Of a stretch of DNA of 64,000 nt, positions 26,646 through 37,105 are shown piece by piece. This stretch comes from a virus. The DNA lies in the IMG/VR virus record IMGVR_UViG_3300030102_007485, positions 1 to 64,000 of that record. One strand, written 5' to 3'. The translations under genes and the position numbers were made by a program. The notes beneath the pieces are model-generated. The model saw nothing but the letters and a program-made list of their open reading frames with translations, was not told the DNA's origin and searched no databases. The first letter of the stretch is position 1; the number at the start of each line of letters is the position of its first letter.

Positions 26646-26876
26646 ATGATAAATCCAGTAATGTTTTTATCCCTATGTGTGTTTGGCACACTACCACATC
26701 AGGCGTTAGTGCAATCCCCCAATCCTCACCAGAGGCAGAACGAGGTTGACGACTTGTTTTACAAAAGAAACAATTATAAGATTCTTACAGATGAGCAAAA
26801 AAGGAACAATTTTGTCAACATTGAGTACACCGCTTTGCCAACCAATTGGAAAAAACAACGCGTTACTTCTAATTAA
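26646..26876 (+). CDS. Hypothetical secreted protein
   Basis: SD AGGAG; hydrophobic N-terminus. Confidence 0.6.
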   Translation: MINPVMFLSLCVFGTLPHQALVQSPNPHQRQNEVDDLFYKRNNYKILTDEQKRNNFVNIEYTALPTNWKKQRVTSN

Positions 26877-26897
26877 AGAAGAACACTAGGAGAAGTT

Positions 26898-28208
26898 TTG
26901 GCAAAGAAAAATTACGTTCTAGACACCAGCGTGTGTTTGACAGATTCACAATCAATTTATAATTTTAAAAACAATGACATCGTCATACCTTTAAAGGTTT
27001 TGGACGAAATAGATAACCACAAAAAAAGACAAGATTCCGTCGGCGTCCAGGCAAGAAACATTATACGCATATTGGACCAACTAAGGGATAGGGGCAATCT
27101 ATTTCGAGGGGTTCGAATAGAGAAGGGCAAAGGAATGTTGATTGTAAAAAAGTACAACCCGTTTGTACTCCCCGATGATCTAGATTTGGACGACCCAGAT
27201 AACCAAATTATTGCAACTGCGCTCACTAGTCAAGACGAGAATAAAAAAAGAAAAGTCATAATGATATCTAGGGATATAAATATGAGAGTCAAGTGTGATG
27301 CTCTGGGTATTGAGTCCATGGATTATGATCTGGAACAGGTGGTAGAAGATCCAGACGTCTTGTTTGCAGGTAGTTCTTCCTTGCAGGTTTCAGATAGTAG
27401 GGTGGACGAATTTTATTCTAGTTCTACAAGTATTAGTAAAAAAGACGGAAAATTTTACCCAAATCAGTTTATAATGTTAACATCGGATGAGAGCGAAAAG
27501 AAGACAGCACTTTCAAAGTTTAGGGACTATGACACTCCTTTGGAAAAGGTTGCCACTATTAAGTCAACGGTTTGGGGCGTCCGAGGTAGAAACAGAGAAC
27601 AAGTGTACGCACTGGATCTTCTGATGGATGATACCATCCCAGTTGTAACGCTAGTTGGGCAAGCAGGGTCTGGGAAAACTCTTCTTGCTCTTTGTGCAGG
27701 ATTAGAACAAACGTTTGGTGCAGATCCCAAGTATAAAAAGATAGTTGTAACTAAACCAATACAACCCGTTGGAAAGGAAATAGGATTTTTACCTGGAACC
27801 ATGGAAGAAAAAATGTTGCCTTGGTTGGCACCCATACAAGATAACTTGCAATACTTGTTTGGAAACGACAAGATGACTCTTGACATGTATGTTGATGAGG
27901 GTAAGATTGAAGTCGAAGCGATGACATTTATTCGAGGGCGATCAATAGCAAATGCGTACATTATAGTAGACGAAGTTCAGAACATGACTCAACACGAGAT
28001 AAAGACAATCCTCACCCGCGTTGGCGAGGGTACCAAAGTGATTTTAACTGGCGACATAGATCAAATAGATAACGTGTACATTGATGCAACCAATAATGGA
28101 CTTACCTATGTGGTAGAGAGGTTTAAAGACCAGTCCATAAGTGGTCACATAACTTTGAAAAAGGGAGAGAGGTCTGATGTGGCAACTATTGCTGCTAAGA
28201 TTTTGTAG
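26898..28208 (+). CDS. phoH: PIN-PhoH fusion (PhoH2-like)
   Basis: VLDTSV PIN motif; GQAGSGKT, IGFLPG, RGRS, DEVQN and GDIDQID motifs. Confidence 0.92.
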   Translation: MAKKNYVLDTSVCLTDSQSIYNFKNNDIVIPLKVLDEIDNHKKRQDSVGVQARNIIRILDQLRDRGNLFRGVRIEKGKGMLIVKKYNPFVLPDDLDLDDPDNQIIATALTSQDENKKRKVIMISRDINMRVKCDALGIESMDYDLEQVVEDPDVLFAGSSSLQVSDSRVDEFYSSSTSISKKDGKFYPNQFIMLTSDESEKKTALSKFRDYDTPLEKVATIKSTVWGVRGRNREQVYALDLLMDDTIPVVTLVGQAGSGKTLLALCAGLEQTFGADPKYKKIVVTKPIQPVGKEIGFLPGTMEEKMLPWLAPIQDNLQYLFGNDKMTLDMYVDEGKIEVEAMTFIRGRSIANAYIIVDEVQNMTQHEIKTILTRVGEGTKVILTGDIDQIDNVYIDATNNGLTYVVERFKDQSISGHITLKKGERSDVATIAAKIL

Positions 28209-28216
28209 ATTAGATT

Positions 28217-28504
28217 ATGAAAGTTTACTTTAAAGAGGGGGAAGGATTGATCAAAGAGGAGAGCACTAGAGTCTCTACAGAACTAAAGGATATTTTGGTA
28301 CAGTATGTTGGCAACAAGGTTTGTACCAATGGAGACACGGTCACAGTCGAAGACATAGTGGAGGTAGTGGCGGACGAGTTTCCAGAATTCCTGATGGTTG
28401 TGGCAGAAGAGAATTGGATTAGAGGATACACCCAGGCACTACAGGACAAGAAAAGCGTTTATAACGCAAGCAAGGTAAATGATGAGAAAGGTGATAAAGA
28501 GTAG
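28217..28504 (+). CDS. Hypothetical protein
   Basis: ORF track. Confidence 0.7.
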   Translation: MKVYFKEGEGLIKEESTRVSTELKDILVQYVGNKVCTNGDTVTVEDIVEVVADEFPEFLMVVAEENWIRGYTQALQDKKSVYNASKVNDEKGDKE

Positions 28505-29147
28505 GGAAAGGAATAGATCGAATTTTATGTTCGATGGAATACAAATTAGCATCAAGGATGCCCTCCCAAAAGAAGTCAATTTAAGAAAGGTACTCACCGC
28601 CGTCAAAAGTGTAGTACCAAATAAATATTTTAGGTACATAGATGCCATCTACATTGGTCAATTTGAGATGCTAAGAAAGAATGATTTCAGCGCTGTTTAC
28701 GACCAGGGGGCAATATTTCTTAGCAATAAACAAGTTTCTGAGGTTGACACCGTGTCTCACATGGTTCATGAGTTCGCTCATGCTGTTGAGCAAAATAACG
28801 CTTCCCTTGTCTACACGGATGGTGCTATAGAAAGAGAATTTATTTCGAAAAGAGAGCGGGTCCATTCTTTGCTCTCTTCAGAGGGTTTTGGTATTTCATT
28901 ATCGTCCTTTTACGATGTGGAGTATAATCCTCAACTTGATGATGTTCTTTATAATGACATTGGGTATCCAATGTTGGCAATGTTGACAACAAATATTTTC
29001 TACTCTCCTTACGCGATCACTTCGATTAATGAATATTTCGCAAATACGTTTGAGGTGTTTTATAACAAGAGGGATGTAGGGTTTGTTAAAAAGGTATGTC
29101 CTGAAGTGTATTATAAAATAATTGAACTGGAGAACAACAATGACTGA
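28479..29147 (+). CDS. Zincin-like metallopeptidase
   Basis: HEFAH followed by NEYFA. Confidence 0.65.
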   Translation: MMRKVIKSRERNRSNFMFDGIQISIKDALPKEVNLRKVLTAVKSVVPNKYFRYIDAIYIGQFEMLRKNDFSAVYDQGAIFLSNKQVSEVDTVSHMVHEFAHAVEQNNASLVYTDGAIEREFISKRERVHSLLSSEGFGISLSSFYDVEYNPQLDDVLYNDIGYPMLAMLTTNIFYSPYAITSINEYFANTFEVFYNKRDVGFVKKVCPEVYYKIIELENNND

Positions 29148-29448
29148 TAGAGTTACTTATAAAATAAATGAATGTGATTCAAAAATTGAATTGCTAGTTG
29201 AGATTGCACCCCGATTTGTGGCGAAAGAGGATGTAACAACTGTTAGCACGGAAAGTGTTTTGAAAATTTTGCTTGACAAAAACTTAAAATATGATACAAT
29301 ATTATCGTGTCCTGCTGTGAGTTTGTGCAACAAAAACAAAGGGTCACTAACACATGGTAAGTGGGTTTTTTCTAAAAAGAAGGAGCAAAGTGAACCAACA
29401 AAACCAAAACCAAGAAGATCAAGAAAAACTACCAAGACCAAAGATTAG
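29140..29448 (+). CDS. Hypothetical protein
   Basis: SD GGAG, ATG 29140. Confidence 0.65.
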   Translation: MTDRVTYKINECDSKIELLVEIAPRFVAKEDVTTVSTESVLKILLDKNLKYDTILSCPAVSLCNKNKGSLTHGKWVFSKKKEQSEPTKPKPRRSRKTTKTKD

Positions 29449-30217
29449 TTATTCTGAGTTTAAAACATTCCAAGATTGTGCCTTTAAACACAAACTTCAA
29501 TACATTGAGCAGGTTGCAAAGTTTGAGGGCAATGAATACACTGCTTTCGGCACTGCTATGCACCATGTTTGTGAGAATGTTGTAGAAAACAACAACCTCA
29601 CAAAAGACCAACTTCATGAAATTTTTATGCAAAAATTAGTGGAAGAGGTGACTCTTTTAAAAGAAAAGTCTATAGAATTCAACAAAAAAACCTTGCTAGA
29701 GATGAAAGATCAGGGTGTAAGCATGTTGACGGACATTTTACCATCCCTTCAGGAGTACTTTGGCGAATTTGAAGTTGTATCTGTCGAAGAGGAGATGTAT
29801 GAGAATATGTCTTTGATAGATATGGTTAAGACTAACTTTAAAGGATTTATAGATCTTGTAATAAAAACAACTGATGGCAAATATCATATAATTGACTGGA
29901 AGACGTGCTCGTGGGGTTGGAATATGAAAAAGAGATCTGACCCCTTGGTCAACTATCAGTTAACTTATTATAAGGTGTTCTTTTCACAAAAGCATAGCAT
30001 ACCACTTTCCGCCATTGAAACACATTTTGCGTTATTGAAGCGAACTGCAAAAAAAGATAGAGTTGAGATTTTTCGTGTCACGAGTGGAGAAAGAAAAATA
30101 AATAATTCCTTAAAACTTTTGCAGAAAACTGTTAAAAGTATTAATAACGGAGTTTCTTTCAAGAATAGGATGTCTTGCAAGTATTGCAACTTCTATAAAA
30201 CTGAACATTGTACATAG
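29390..30217 (+). CDS. RecB/Cas4-like PD-(D/E)XK nuclease with Fe-S Cys motif
   Basis: SYS..C, GTAMH, GFIDL, IIDWKT, QL.YY and CKYC..C; GTG start after AGGAG. Confidence 0.88.
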   Translation: MNQQNQNQEDQEKLPRPKISYSEFKTFQDCAFKHKLQYIEQVAKFEGNEYTAFGTAMHHVCENVVENNNLTKDQLHEIFMQKLVEEVTLLKEKSIEFNKKTLLEMKDQGVSMLTDILPSLQEYFGEFEVVSVEEEMYENMSLIDMVKTNFKGFIDLVIKTTDGKYHIIDWKTCSWGWNMKKRSDPLVNYQLTYYKVFFSQKHSIPLSAIETHFALLKRTAKKDRVEIFRVTSGERKINNSLKLLQKTVKSINNGVSFKNRMSCKYCNFYKTEHCT

Positions 30218-30225
30218 GAATTTAA

Positions 30226-31458
30226 ATGACAGAAAAAATAAAAATTATGACTATATCTGACTCGCCTTTTGCCCCCTCCGGAGTCGGAACTCAAACAAGA
30301 TACATGATCGAAGCACTTTTAAAGACAGGTAAGTTTTCTGTTTTTTCAATCGCAGGAGCAATTCAGCACGCAGATTATAGACTGATAAAAACAGATGAGT
30401 ATGGTGAGGATTGGATAACTCAACCCATTGATGGGTATGGAAACCCTGAAGTCATAAGGTCTATGGTGATGAATAAGAAACCAGATATCCTATGGTTTAT
30501 GACTGATCCAAGATTCTATGAATGGTTGTGGAATATGGACTCAGAAATTAGAAAAAACGTTCCTATGGTTTATTATCATGTTTGGGACAACTATCCATAT
30601 CCAACTTTTAATAGGAAGTGGTATCTTTCTAATGACTTTGTTGCAACAATCAGCAAAGTCACAGATGATATTGTAAAGACCGTTGCACCAGAGGTGGAAT
30701 CTCTTTATGTGCCTCATGCAGTTGAGTCTGAGGTTTTTTCAAAAAAAGATGTGCCAAAAAGAGAGGGGTTGAAAGATAAGTTTGTCTTCTTTTGGAATAA
30801 TAGGAATGCTAGGCGTAAACAGTCGGGTACTTTGATTTTCTGGTTTAAGGAGTTCCTTGATAAGGTTGGGCATGACAAGGCATCACTGATCATGCACACG
30901 GAACCAAATGATCAGCATGGGCAGGATTTAATTGCAATATTGGAAGAACTGGATTTAACAGACGGTCAGGTCTTGTTATCGACTCAAAAAATGCCATTAG
31001 AGCAGTTGGCAGGTCTTTACAACATGGCAGACTGCACTATAAACATTTCTGATGCTGAAGGGTTCGGATTGGCAACACTAGAGTCTTTGTCTTGTGAAAC
31101 GCCAATTATAGTTACGATGACAGGTGGATTACAAGAACAGGTAACCGATGGAGAAGAGTGGTTTGGTGTCGGAATAAATCCAACAGCAAAGGCGATCATC
31201 GGTTCTCAGCAGGTGCCATGGATATATGAAGATAGGATTTGCAAAGAGGACTTCCTAGCAGCGTTAGAAAGGATGTACAACATGTCAGACGAAGATCGTG
31301 CGACGATGGGAAGGAAGGGCAGAGAGCACGTAGAAAAGAATTATTCCTTCCCTCAGTATGAGTCTAAGTGGGTTGACCTTCTTGAGGACTTACATCAAAG
31401 ACATGGATCTTGGGAAACTAGAAAGAATTATCAAACTTGGGAGTTGACAGAATTATGA
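30226..31458 (+). CDS. GT4-type glycosyltransferase
   Basis: NRNARRK and AEGFGLATLE motifs. Confidence 0.9.
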   Translation: MTEKIKIMTISDSPFAPSGVGTQTRYMIEALLKTGKFSVFSIAGAIQHADYRLIKTDEYGEDWITQPIDGYGNPEVIRSMVMNKKPDILWFMTDPRFYEWLWNMDSEIRKNVPMVYYHVWDNYPYPTFNRKWYLSNDFVATISKVTDDIVKTVAPEVESLYVPHAVESEVFSKKDVPKREGLKDKFVFFWNNRNARRKQSGTLIFWFKEFLDKVGHDKASLIMHTEPNDQHGQDLIAILEELDLTDGQVLLSTQKMPLEQLAGLYNMADCTINISDAEGFGLATLESLSCETPIIVTMTGGLQEQVTDGEEWFGVGINPTAKAIIGSQQVPWIYEDRICKEDFLAALERMYNMSDEDRATMGRKGREHVEKNYSFPQYESKWVDLLEDLHQRHGSWETRKNYQTWELTEL

Positions 31459-32729
31459 AAATACTATTAGAGGCACCAATCTTAACTCAATCTGGGTATG
31501 GAGAGCACGCAAGGTTTGTTTTTCGCGCACTTGAGCAAATTCCAGGTATAGACGTATACATTAATCCTCTGTCGTGGGGAACAACTAGTTGGGTTTCCGA
31601 CGCTAACTCTGAGAGAGGGGCAATCGATGAAAACATAAGAAAGAATGTTTTGTATGTTCAAAATTGTAAAAATGCGTCTGTAGAACCTCAATATGATGTG
31701 CAGATTCATGTTGGCATTCCAAATGAATTTCAAAAAAAGGCAAAATATTCAGTTTGTGTTACTGCTGGAATTGAAACGGACAAGGTTCACCCCAAGTGGA
31801 TTGCAAACATTGCGTCTGGCATAGACAAAATAATTGTGCCATCTGAACATGCAAAGTCTGGGTTTGTGAGCACTGAATATCAGTTTCAGCAGCAGGATGG
31901 TCAGGCGATCACTTTAGGTTGCCGAGCACCTGTCGAGGTTGTTCCTTATCCCGTTAAGGATTTGAAATCAGACCCAATAGACGTTCAGTTTGAGCATGAT
32001 TTTAATTTCTTGACGGTTGCTATGTGGGGCAAGAGAAAGAACTTAGAAAACACAATAAAATGGTTTGTTGAGGAGTTTAGGGAGGAAGAGGTTGGACTGA
32101 TCCTGAAAACCAACCTATCTAGAAACTCGACACCAGATAGAGAGTTGTCTAAGGCATCTATATCAAGCATCTTGTCGAATATGGGAGAAAGAAAGTGCAA
32201 GGTGTACCTATTGCATGGAGAACTCTCTGAGGAGCAACTACATTCCTTATATGAACACCCCAAGGTCAAAGCATATGTCACAGCAACGCATGGGGAGGGT
32301 TTTGGTCTTCCTCTTTTTGAGGCGGCATATTCAGGACTGCCGATTGTTGCGACGGATTGGAGCGGTCACTTGGACTTTTTAACCGCAGAAGTCAAGGACA
32401 AGAAATCAAAAAAGTTAAAATTAAAAAAACTTTTTGCCAAAGTAGATTATAATCTAGATAACGTGCCACAAGACGTAGTTTGGGAAAACATCATATATCA
32501 AGATTCCAAGTGGGCGTTTCCGAAAGAAAAGTCTTTTAAAGATCAGATTAGAAAGTGCTATAAGCAATATGGTGTTTATAAGTCGTTTGCTAAGACCTTA
32601 AAAGAGTCCGTAGTGGAAGAGTATGAGTATTCAAAGGTGTTGGAGCAAATGAAGACCGCACTTATTCCCGCCGAGATGCTTCCAGACCCTGCTTGGGCAG
32701 ACGCTTTATCGTCAATAGAGATATTGTGA
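31455..32729 (+). CDS. GT4-type glycosyltransferase
   Basis: SGYG, RKN and HGEGFGLPLFEA motifs. Confidence 0.9.
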   Translation: MKILLEAPILTQSGYGEHARFVFRALEQIPGIDVYINPLSWGTTSWVSDANSERGAIDENIRKNVLYVQNCKNASVEPQYDVQIHVGIPNEFQKKAKYSVCVTAGIETDKVHPKWIANIASGIDKIIVPSEHAKSGFVSTEYQFQQQDGQAITLGCRAPVEVVPYPVKDLKSDPIDVQFEHDFNFLTVAMWGKRKNLENTIKWFVEEFREEEVGLILKTNLSRNSTPDRELSKASISSILSNMGERKCKVYLLHGELSEEQLHSLYEHPKVKAYVTATHGEGFGLPLFEAAYSGLPIVATDWSGHLDFLTAEVKDKKSKKLKLKKLFAKVDYNLDNVPQDVVWENIIYQDSKWAFPKEKSFKDQIRKCYKQYGVYKSFAKTLKESVVEEYEYSKVLEQMKTALIPAEMLPDPAWADALSSIEIL

Positions 32730-33562
32730 AAATAGGATTTTTGTCAGATTTTTTTGAGCAACACTTGCTTGGCGGCGCTGAACTGAATGATGGTGTTTTG
32801 ATAGATCACTTACAGAAAAGTCATCAAGTTATCCGCTTGATTAGTTCTGCTACAACCAAATCTGACATTGATTCTGTTGATTTTGTAATAGTCTCCAATT
32901 TCGCAAGTGCGAACCCTCAGTTGCTAGACTACATCATATTTTCTAAACCTTATTTGGTGTACGAGCATGATCACAAATATGTTACAAATAGGGATCCATC
33001 TAAATTCAAAAATTTTAATATCCCAAACGAATTTATTGTAAATAGGGAGTTGTACGCTTCGGCAAGAAAAGTAGTTTGTCTGAGCAGTAGTCAGACTTCT
33101 ATAATTGAATCAAATTTAGGTTTAAAGAATTTGGAAAATATATCTTGTAGTTTGTGGAGTCAAAAGAGACTAAACCTTCTAAGAGAACTTAGTAAGGTTG
33201 AAAAAAATCAAATTTTTGCAATAATGGATTCTGCCAATCCTATAAAAAATACTGTGCTCGCTCAAAAGATGTGTGAACAAAAAAGCATTCCTTACGAACT
33301 TATAAGCAGTAAAGACCAAGAGCAGTTTATAAGAATTCTATCTAGGTATGAGGGTTTGGTATTTATCCCTGGCGTTCTGGAGTCGTTGTCTCGATTGGTT
33401 ACCGAGGCAAAAATGATGAATTGTAAAATAATTACAACTCCAAAGATGCTGGGTGCTTCTTACGAAGATTGGTTTTCTCTCTCTGGTGAACCCCTTATAG
33501 ACGTCATAGAGGAGAACGTCGCCCGTGCATTGAATCTTTTTGGAGAAATTATAGAACAATGA
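32726..33562 (+). CDS. GT-B glycosyltransferase-like protein
   Basis: GGAE and ESLSRLVTEAK motifs. Confidence 0.7.
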   Translation: MKIGFLSDFFEQHLLGGAELNDGVLIDHLQKSHQVIRLISSATTKSDIDSVDFVIVSNFASANPQLLDYIIFSKPYLVYEHDHKYVTNRDPSKFKNFNIPNEFIVNRELYASARKVVCLSSSQTSIIESNLGLKNLENISCSLWSQKRLNLLRELSKVEKNQIFAIMDSANPIKNTVLAQKMCEQKSIPYELISSKDQEQFIRILSRYEGLVFIPGVLESLSRLVTEAKMMNCKIITTPKMLGASYEDWFSLSGEPLIDVIEENVARALNLFGEIIEQ

Positions 33563-34467
33563 TTGTTATAACTGGAGCAAATGGGTTTATAGGCAAGAAC
33601 TTGTTGAAAAGTTTTCCTAAAAATCAAGACATTATTGCTGTTGATTACTCACACAATAATCTAAAGCAGGAAATAAAGCAACGAAAAAAGCATTTATATT
33701 TGTTAAGTCCAAAGGACTTTTTGGACATGTTTAGATCAGGACCTTGTTCGATAAGTTTTGTGTTTCACCAAGGTGCTTGCACAGATACTACCTGCCACGA
33801 CACAGCGTACATGCTTGAAAGAAACTACGACTACACGTACAAACTAATAAACTTATGCGTGTCATCCTCAACACCTTTAGTGTATGCAAGTTCTGCCTCG
33901 GTTTATGGTGACGGACCTTTTAGCGAAACGTCTCAAATGAATCCTAAAAACATTTATGCAAAATCAAAAAGTATGATCGACGATTATGTGTCCGTTATAA
34001 GTCAGACCACTAAATCGCAAATTACCGGACTGAGGTATTTTAACGTGTATGGTCCCTTTGAAGAGAGCAAGGGTAAAATGTCTTCTGTATTGAATCAGTT
34101 TAAAAAGCAGATCGATACAACGGGAACTATAAAAATATTTGAAAACAGTCAGGCATATAAAAGAGATTTTATATTTGTGAATGATATTGTAAAAATAAAC
34201 AAGCATTTTTATGAAAGCGGACATTCGGGTATATTCAATTGTGGCACCGGACAGGCAGAAAGATTTACTGAAATACCAAGAGTCTTAAAAAAATATTATG
34301 AGTTTGATATAATTGAGATACCAATGCCGCAAACTTTGATTGGTAAATATCAAGAGTTTACAGAATCTGACACAGCAAATCTGAGAGGTTTTGGGGAATA
34401 CAAGGAGGGGTTCCTTTCCCTTGAGCAGGGAATTGAGGAGTACGTCAAATATTGGGAAAAAGAGTAG
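33559..34467 (+). CDS. hldD: ADP-L-glycero-D-manno-heptose 6-epimerase
   Basis: TGANGFIG, FHQGACTDT, YASSASVYG, YAKSK and LRYFNVYGP.E..KGKM motifs. Confidence 0.85.
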   Translation: MIVITGANGFIGKNLLKSFPKNQDIIAVDYSHNNLKQEIKQRKKHLYLLSPKDFLDMFRSGPCSISFVFHQGACTDTTCHDTAYMLERNYDYTYKLINLCVSSSTPLVYASSASVYGDGPFSETSQMNPKNIYAKSKSMIDDYVSVISQTTKSQITGLRYFNVYGPFEESKGKMSSVLNQFKKQIDTTGTIKIFENSQAYKRDFIFVNDIVKINKHFYESGHSGIFNCGTGQAERFTEIPRVLKKYYEFDIIEIPMPQTLIGKYQEFTESDTANLRGFGEYKEGFLSLEQGIEEYVKYWEKE

Positions 34468-34856
34468 CGTTTGTTAACGGGTGTTTTGATGTTTTACACT
34501 TTGGTCATTTGAAGTTGTTAGAGTTTGCCCGCAATGATGCGGATTTTTTAATTGTGGCAATCGACAGCGATTCTCGTGTAAAAGAGTCAAAGGGTGACTC
34601 AAGACCCTTCAACAAGCAAGAGGTAAGAAAATACTTTTTACAGTCCTTGAGGTTTGTAGATCGTGTAGAGGTTTTTGCATCGGATTCAGAACTTGAGCAA
34701 CTAGTTAGGTTGAACAATCCAGATGTGATGATCGTTGGGTCTGATTATCGCAATAAAACGGTGATTGGTTCCCAATATGCTAAGGAACTAAAGTTTTTTG
34801 AGAGAATAGATGACCATTCAACAACAAAAATATTGCAGCATACTTCTAATAGGTGA
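34452..34856 (+). CDS. hldC: Heptose-1-phosphate nucleotidyltransferase (RfaE domain II)
   Basis: NGCFDVLHFGH, KGDSRP, GSDY and STT motifs. Confidence 0.8.
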   Translation: MGKRVAFVNGCFDVLHFGHLKLLEFARNDADFLIVAIDSDSRVKESKGDSRPFNKQEVRKYFLQSLRFVDRVEVFASDSELEQLVRLNNPDVMIVGSDYRNKTVIGSQYAKELKFFERIDDHSTTKILQHTSNR

Positions 34857-35607
34857 TTCGTGTGTGGACAAGTTCCACTATGGCACTTGTGATAGGATAA
34901 GTCCAGAGGCACCAGTATCTGTATTTAAGCATATTAAGACTGAAGAAAGAGACGGCATGTGCCTGAATGTCAAGATGAATCTATTGGCATTCGGTTTTGC
35001 AGAAATTTCTGTTATTACCAATGCAGAGAGTATTTCCAAGGAAAGGTTTATAGATGCCAATTCTGGACAGCATTTATTGAGAACTGATTTCGGTGAAAGG
35101 GAGAAATTAAAACCCTTTATGGTTACCTCAAATGTAGAGAAGGATATAGCAGGTTATGACTATGTGGTTATTTCGGACTATGAAAAAGGGTTTATTACCT
35201 ATGAGACCGCTGAGAAAATAGTCACTTCATGTGTTAAAAATGGTGTTCCTGTTTTTGTTGACTCTAAAAAGCGAGACCTGTCTTGTTTTGACGGTGCAAT
35301 TATAAAAATAAATGAAAAAGAATTCGATGTCCTAGATAAGACAACTGTCAATAAGGAAAACTTGGTTGTTACTTATGGAAAGGGCGGCGCGAAATGGAAA
35401 GGGATTTCTTATCCCACCAACGTGGTAGAAGTCTCAGATGTGAGTGGTGCAGGAGATACCTTTCTTGCCGCATTGGTCTATGGACACTACGCGTTTGGAA
35501 GTATGGACGAAGCAATAAGGTTAGCAAACAGGTGTTCCGGGTTTGTTGTTCAGAAAAGTGGAACGTATGCGCTGAGTTGGCAAGATGTACAAGACATATG
35601 TAATTGA
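34810..35607 (+). CDS. hldA: Heptose-7-phosphate kinase (RfaE domain I, PfkB family)
   Basis: RISPEAPV, ISDYEKG and DVSGAGDT motifs. Confidence 0.85.
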   Translation: MTIQQQKYCSILLIGDSCVDKFHYGTCDRISPEAPVSVFKHIKTEERDGMCLNVKMNLLAFGFAEISVITNAESISKERFIDANSGQHLLRTDFGEREKLKPFMVTSNVEKDIAGYDYVVISDYEKGFITYETAEKIVTSCVKNGVPVFVDSKKRDLSCFDGAIIKINEKEFDVLDKTTVNKENLVVTYGKGGAKWKGISYPTNVVEVSDVSGAGDTFLAALVYGHYAFGSMDEAIRLANRCSGFVVQKSGTYALSWQDVQDICN

Positions 35608-35926
35608 TATAGACGGTACAATATGTACCAAAACTGATGGAGATTATCGAGATGCCCGCCCTTTTGAAGACAGGATTGCGGTGCTAAACGAATTGCATGA
35701 TCGAGGTCATCAGATAATATATTTAACCGCTAGGGGAATGGGTCGCTTTAACAATGATGAATATTTGGCGAATAGGATGTTTTACAAACTTACAAAAGAT
35801 CAACTAGAGCAGTGGGGTGTCAAGTATACTTCCCTGTTTTTGGGCAAACCCGCGGGAGATATATATGTCGATGACAAAGGGTGCAGTGACGTTGATTTCT
35901 TTAGTACCAGGAGATTTGAACAATGA
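35585..35926 (+). CDS. Minimal HAD phosphatase (capsule-biosynthesis phosphatase type)
   Basis: DIDGT, TARG and GKP.GD.YVDDK motifs. Confidence 0.8.
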   Translation: MYKTYVIDIDGTICTKTDGDYRDARPFEDRIAVLNELHDRGHQIIYLTARGMGRFNNDEYLANRMFYKLTKDQLEQWGVKYTSLFLGKPAGDIYVDDKGCSDVDFFSTRRFEQ

Positions 35927-36288
35927 CCGACAAAACACATTTGGATATGCATTTTGTCCCAAAGGGTTGGGGGTTTGAGAAGTGGATTGTAAACTGTGAT
36001 GAGTATTGTGGTAAGTTATTGTATTTTGTAAAGGGTAAAAGGTGCTCATGGCACTATCACGAATTAAAAGACGAGGTGTTCTACATACAGTCTGGAAAGA
36101 TATTAGTGAAATACTCAGAGTCAGATGACATAGGATCTGCACAAGAGAGGGTCCTGGCAAGGGGTGATAACTTCCATGTATACAGGGGATTGAGGCATCA
36201 AATGATCGCACTAGAGGACACAGAATTGTTTGAGTTCTCGACACAACATTTCGATTCGGATAGTTATAGGATTCAAAAGGGGGACTAA
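35923..36288 (+). CDS. Cupin (sugar isomerase/epimerase-like)
   Basis: VPKGWG, SWHYH..KDE and H motifs. Confidence 0.8.
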   Translation: MTDKTHLDMHFVPKGWGFEKWIVNCDEYCGKLLYFVKGKRCSWHYHELKDEVFYIQSGKILVKYSESDDIGSAQERVLARGDNFHVYRGLRHQMIALEDTELFEFSTQHFDSDSYRIQKGD

Positions 36289-36289
36289 A

Positions 36290-37105
36290 TTGAATTATCT
36301 TTTTATATGCATGAAGCGAGGCGGGCAGCACGGTGTTGTCAATTGGTTTGCTCAACAGAACAGGCACAGTACCCTTCACTTAAATAATTGTATCAAGGGT
36401 TGGGAGCAAAATAGACTTCTCCCTATGAAAGAGCACATGGTTGTCCACTATAGATATGCAGGACAAAACCACGATATTAAAAACTATTTTGTCGATCACA
36501 AATTTGATCCCAAGAACAGCAAAGAGTTGAGGGAGCAATTTTATAAAGCAGATTTTTCAGATGTTGTAGATAAGATTTATAACATAGAAGATCTGACGAT
36601 CAGAGAATTCAATCAAAGGCAAATGTGGGATTATGAGGACATGGGGGCAAATAGTAAGTCGATAATTATTTTGCGAGATCCGTATAACTTTATTGCCTCG
36701 TGCCTTCAGCGACTTGTGAACCCCCCTGATCCTGGCGCAACGGACGTTGGGTTAGAATTACCAAGAAGAATGGAGGATTGGAAGGAGCACGCAAAGCAGG
36801 TCTTAGACGGCACCGAGACCACCCAAGAAACAGAGTTTATTAGTTTCAATGAGTGGTTCGCCAGCAAAGATTACAGAGAGTCCATTTGTGACAATTTGGA
36901 TTTGACTTTTACAGATTTTGGAATCAACGATGTTATGAATTTTGGCAGTGGTAGTTCTTTTGATAGGCAAAAGTTTGATGGATCTGCCCAAAAGATGAGC
37001 GTCCTATCCAGGTACGAATCATGGAAAGATCATTCTGCGTTTAAGCATTTGGTAGATGATGAGGTTGAGTATTATGCAAAAGAAATTTTTGGTATAAAGT
37101 TGTGA
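36290..37105 (+). CDS. Sulfotransferase-like protein
   Basis: KRGGQH (5'PSB-like) and LRDPYN..AS (3'PB-like). Confidence 0.55.
   Translation: MNYLFICMKRGGQHGVVNWFAQQNRHSTLHLNNCIKGWEQNRLLPMKEHMVVHYRYAGQNHDIKNYFVDHKFDPKNSKELREQFYKADFSDVVDKIYNIEDLTIREFNQRQMWDYEDMGANSKSIIILRDPYNFIASCLQRLVNPPDPGATDVGLELPRRMEDWKEHAKQVLDGTETTQETEFISFNEWFASKDYRESICDNLDLTFTDFGINDVMNFGSGSSFDRQKFDGSAQKMSVLSRYESWKDHSAFKHLVDDEVEYYAKEIFGIKL

Noticed and set aside
29390-30217. Cas4 as evidence of a CRISPR-Cas system
   Set aside because: It is a solo RecB/Cas4-like nuclease common in phages, with no array or other cas genes in the window.
35804-36379. 191-aa minus-strand ORF and the many other short antisense ORFs
   Set aside because: They are shadows of well-supported plus-strand genes. 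Only 25842-26597 has convincing motifs on the minus strand.
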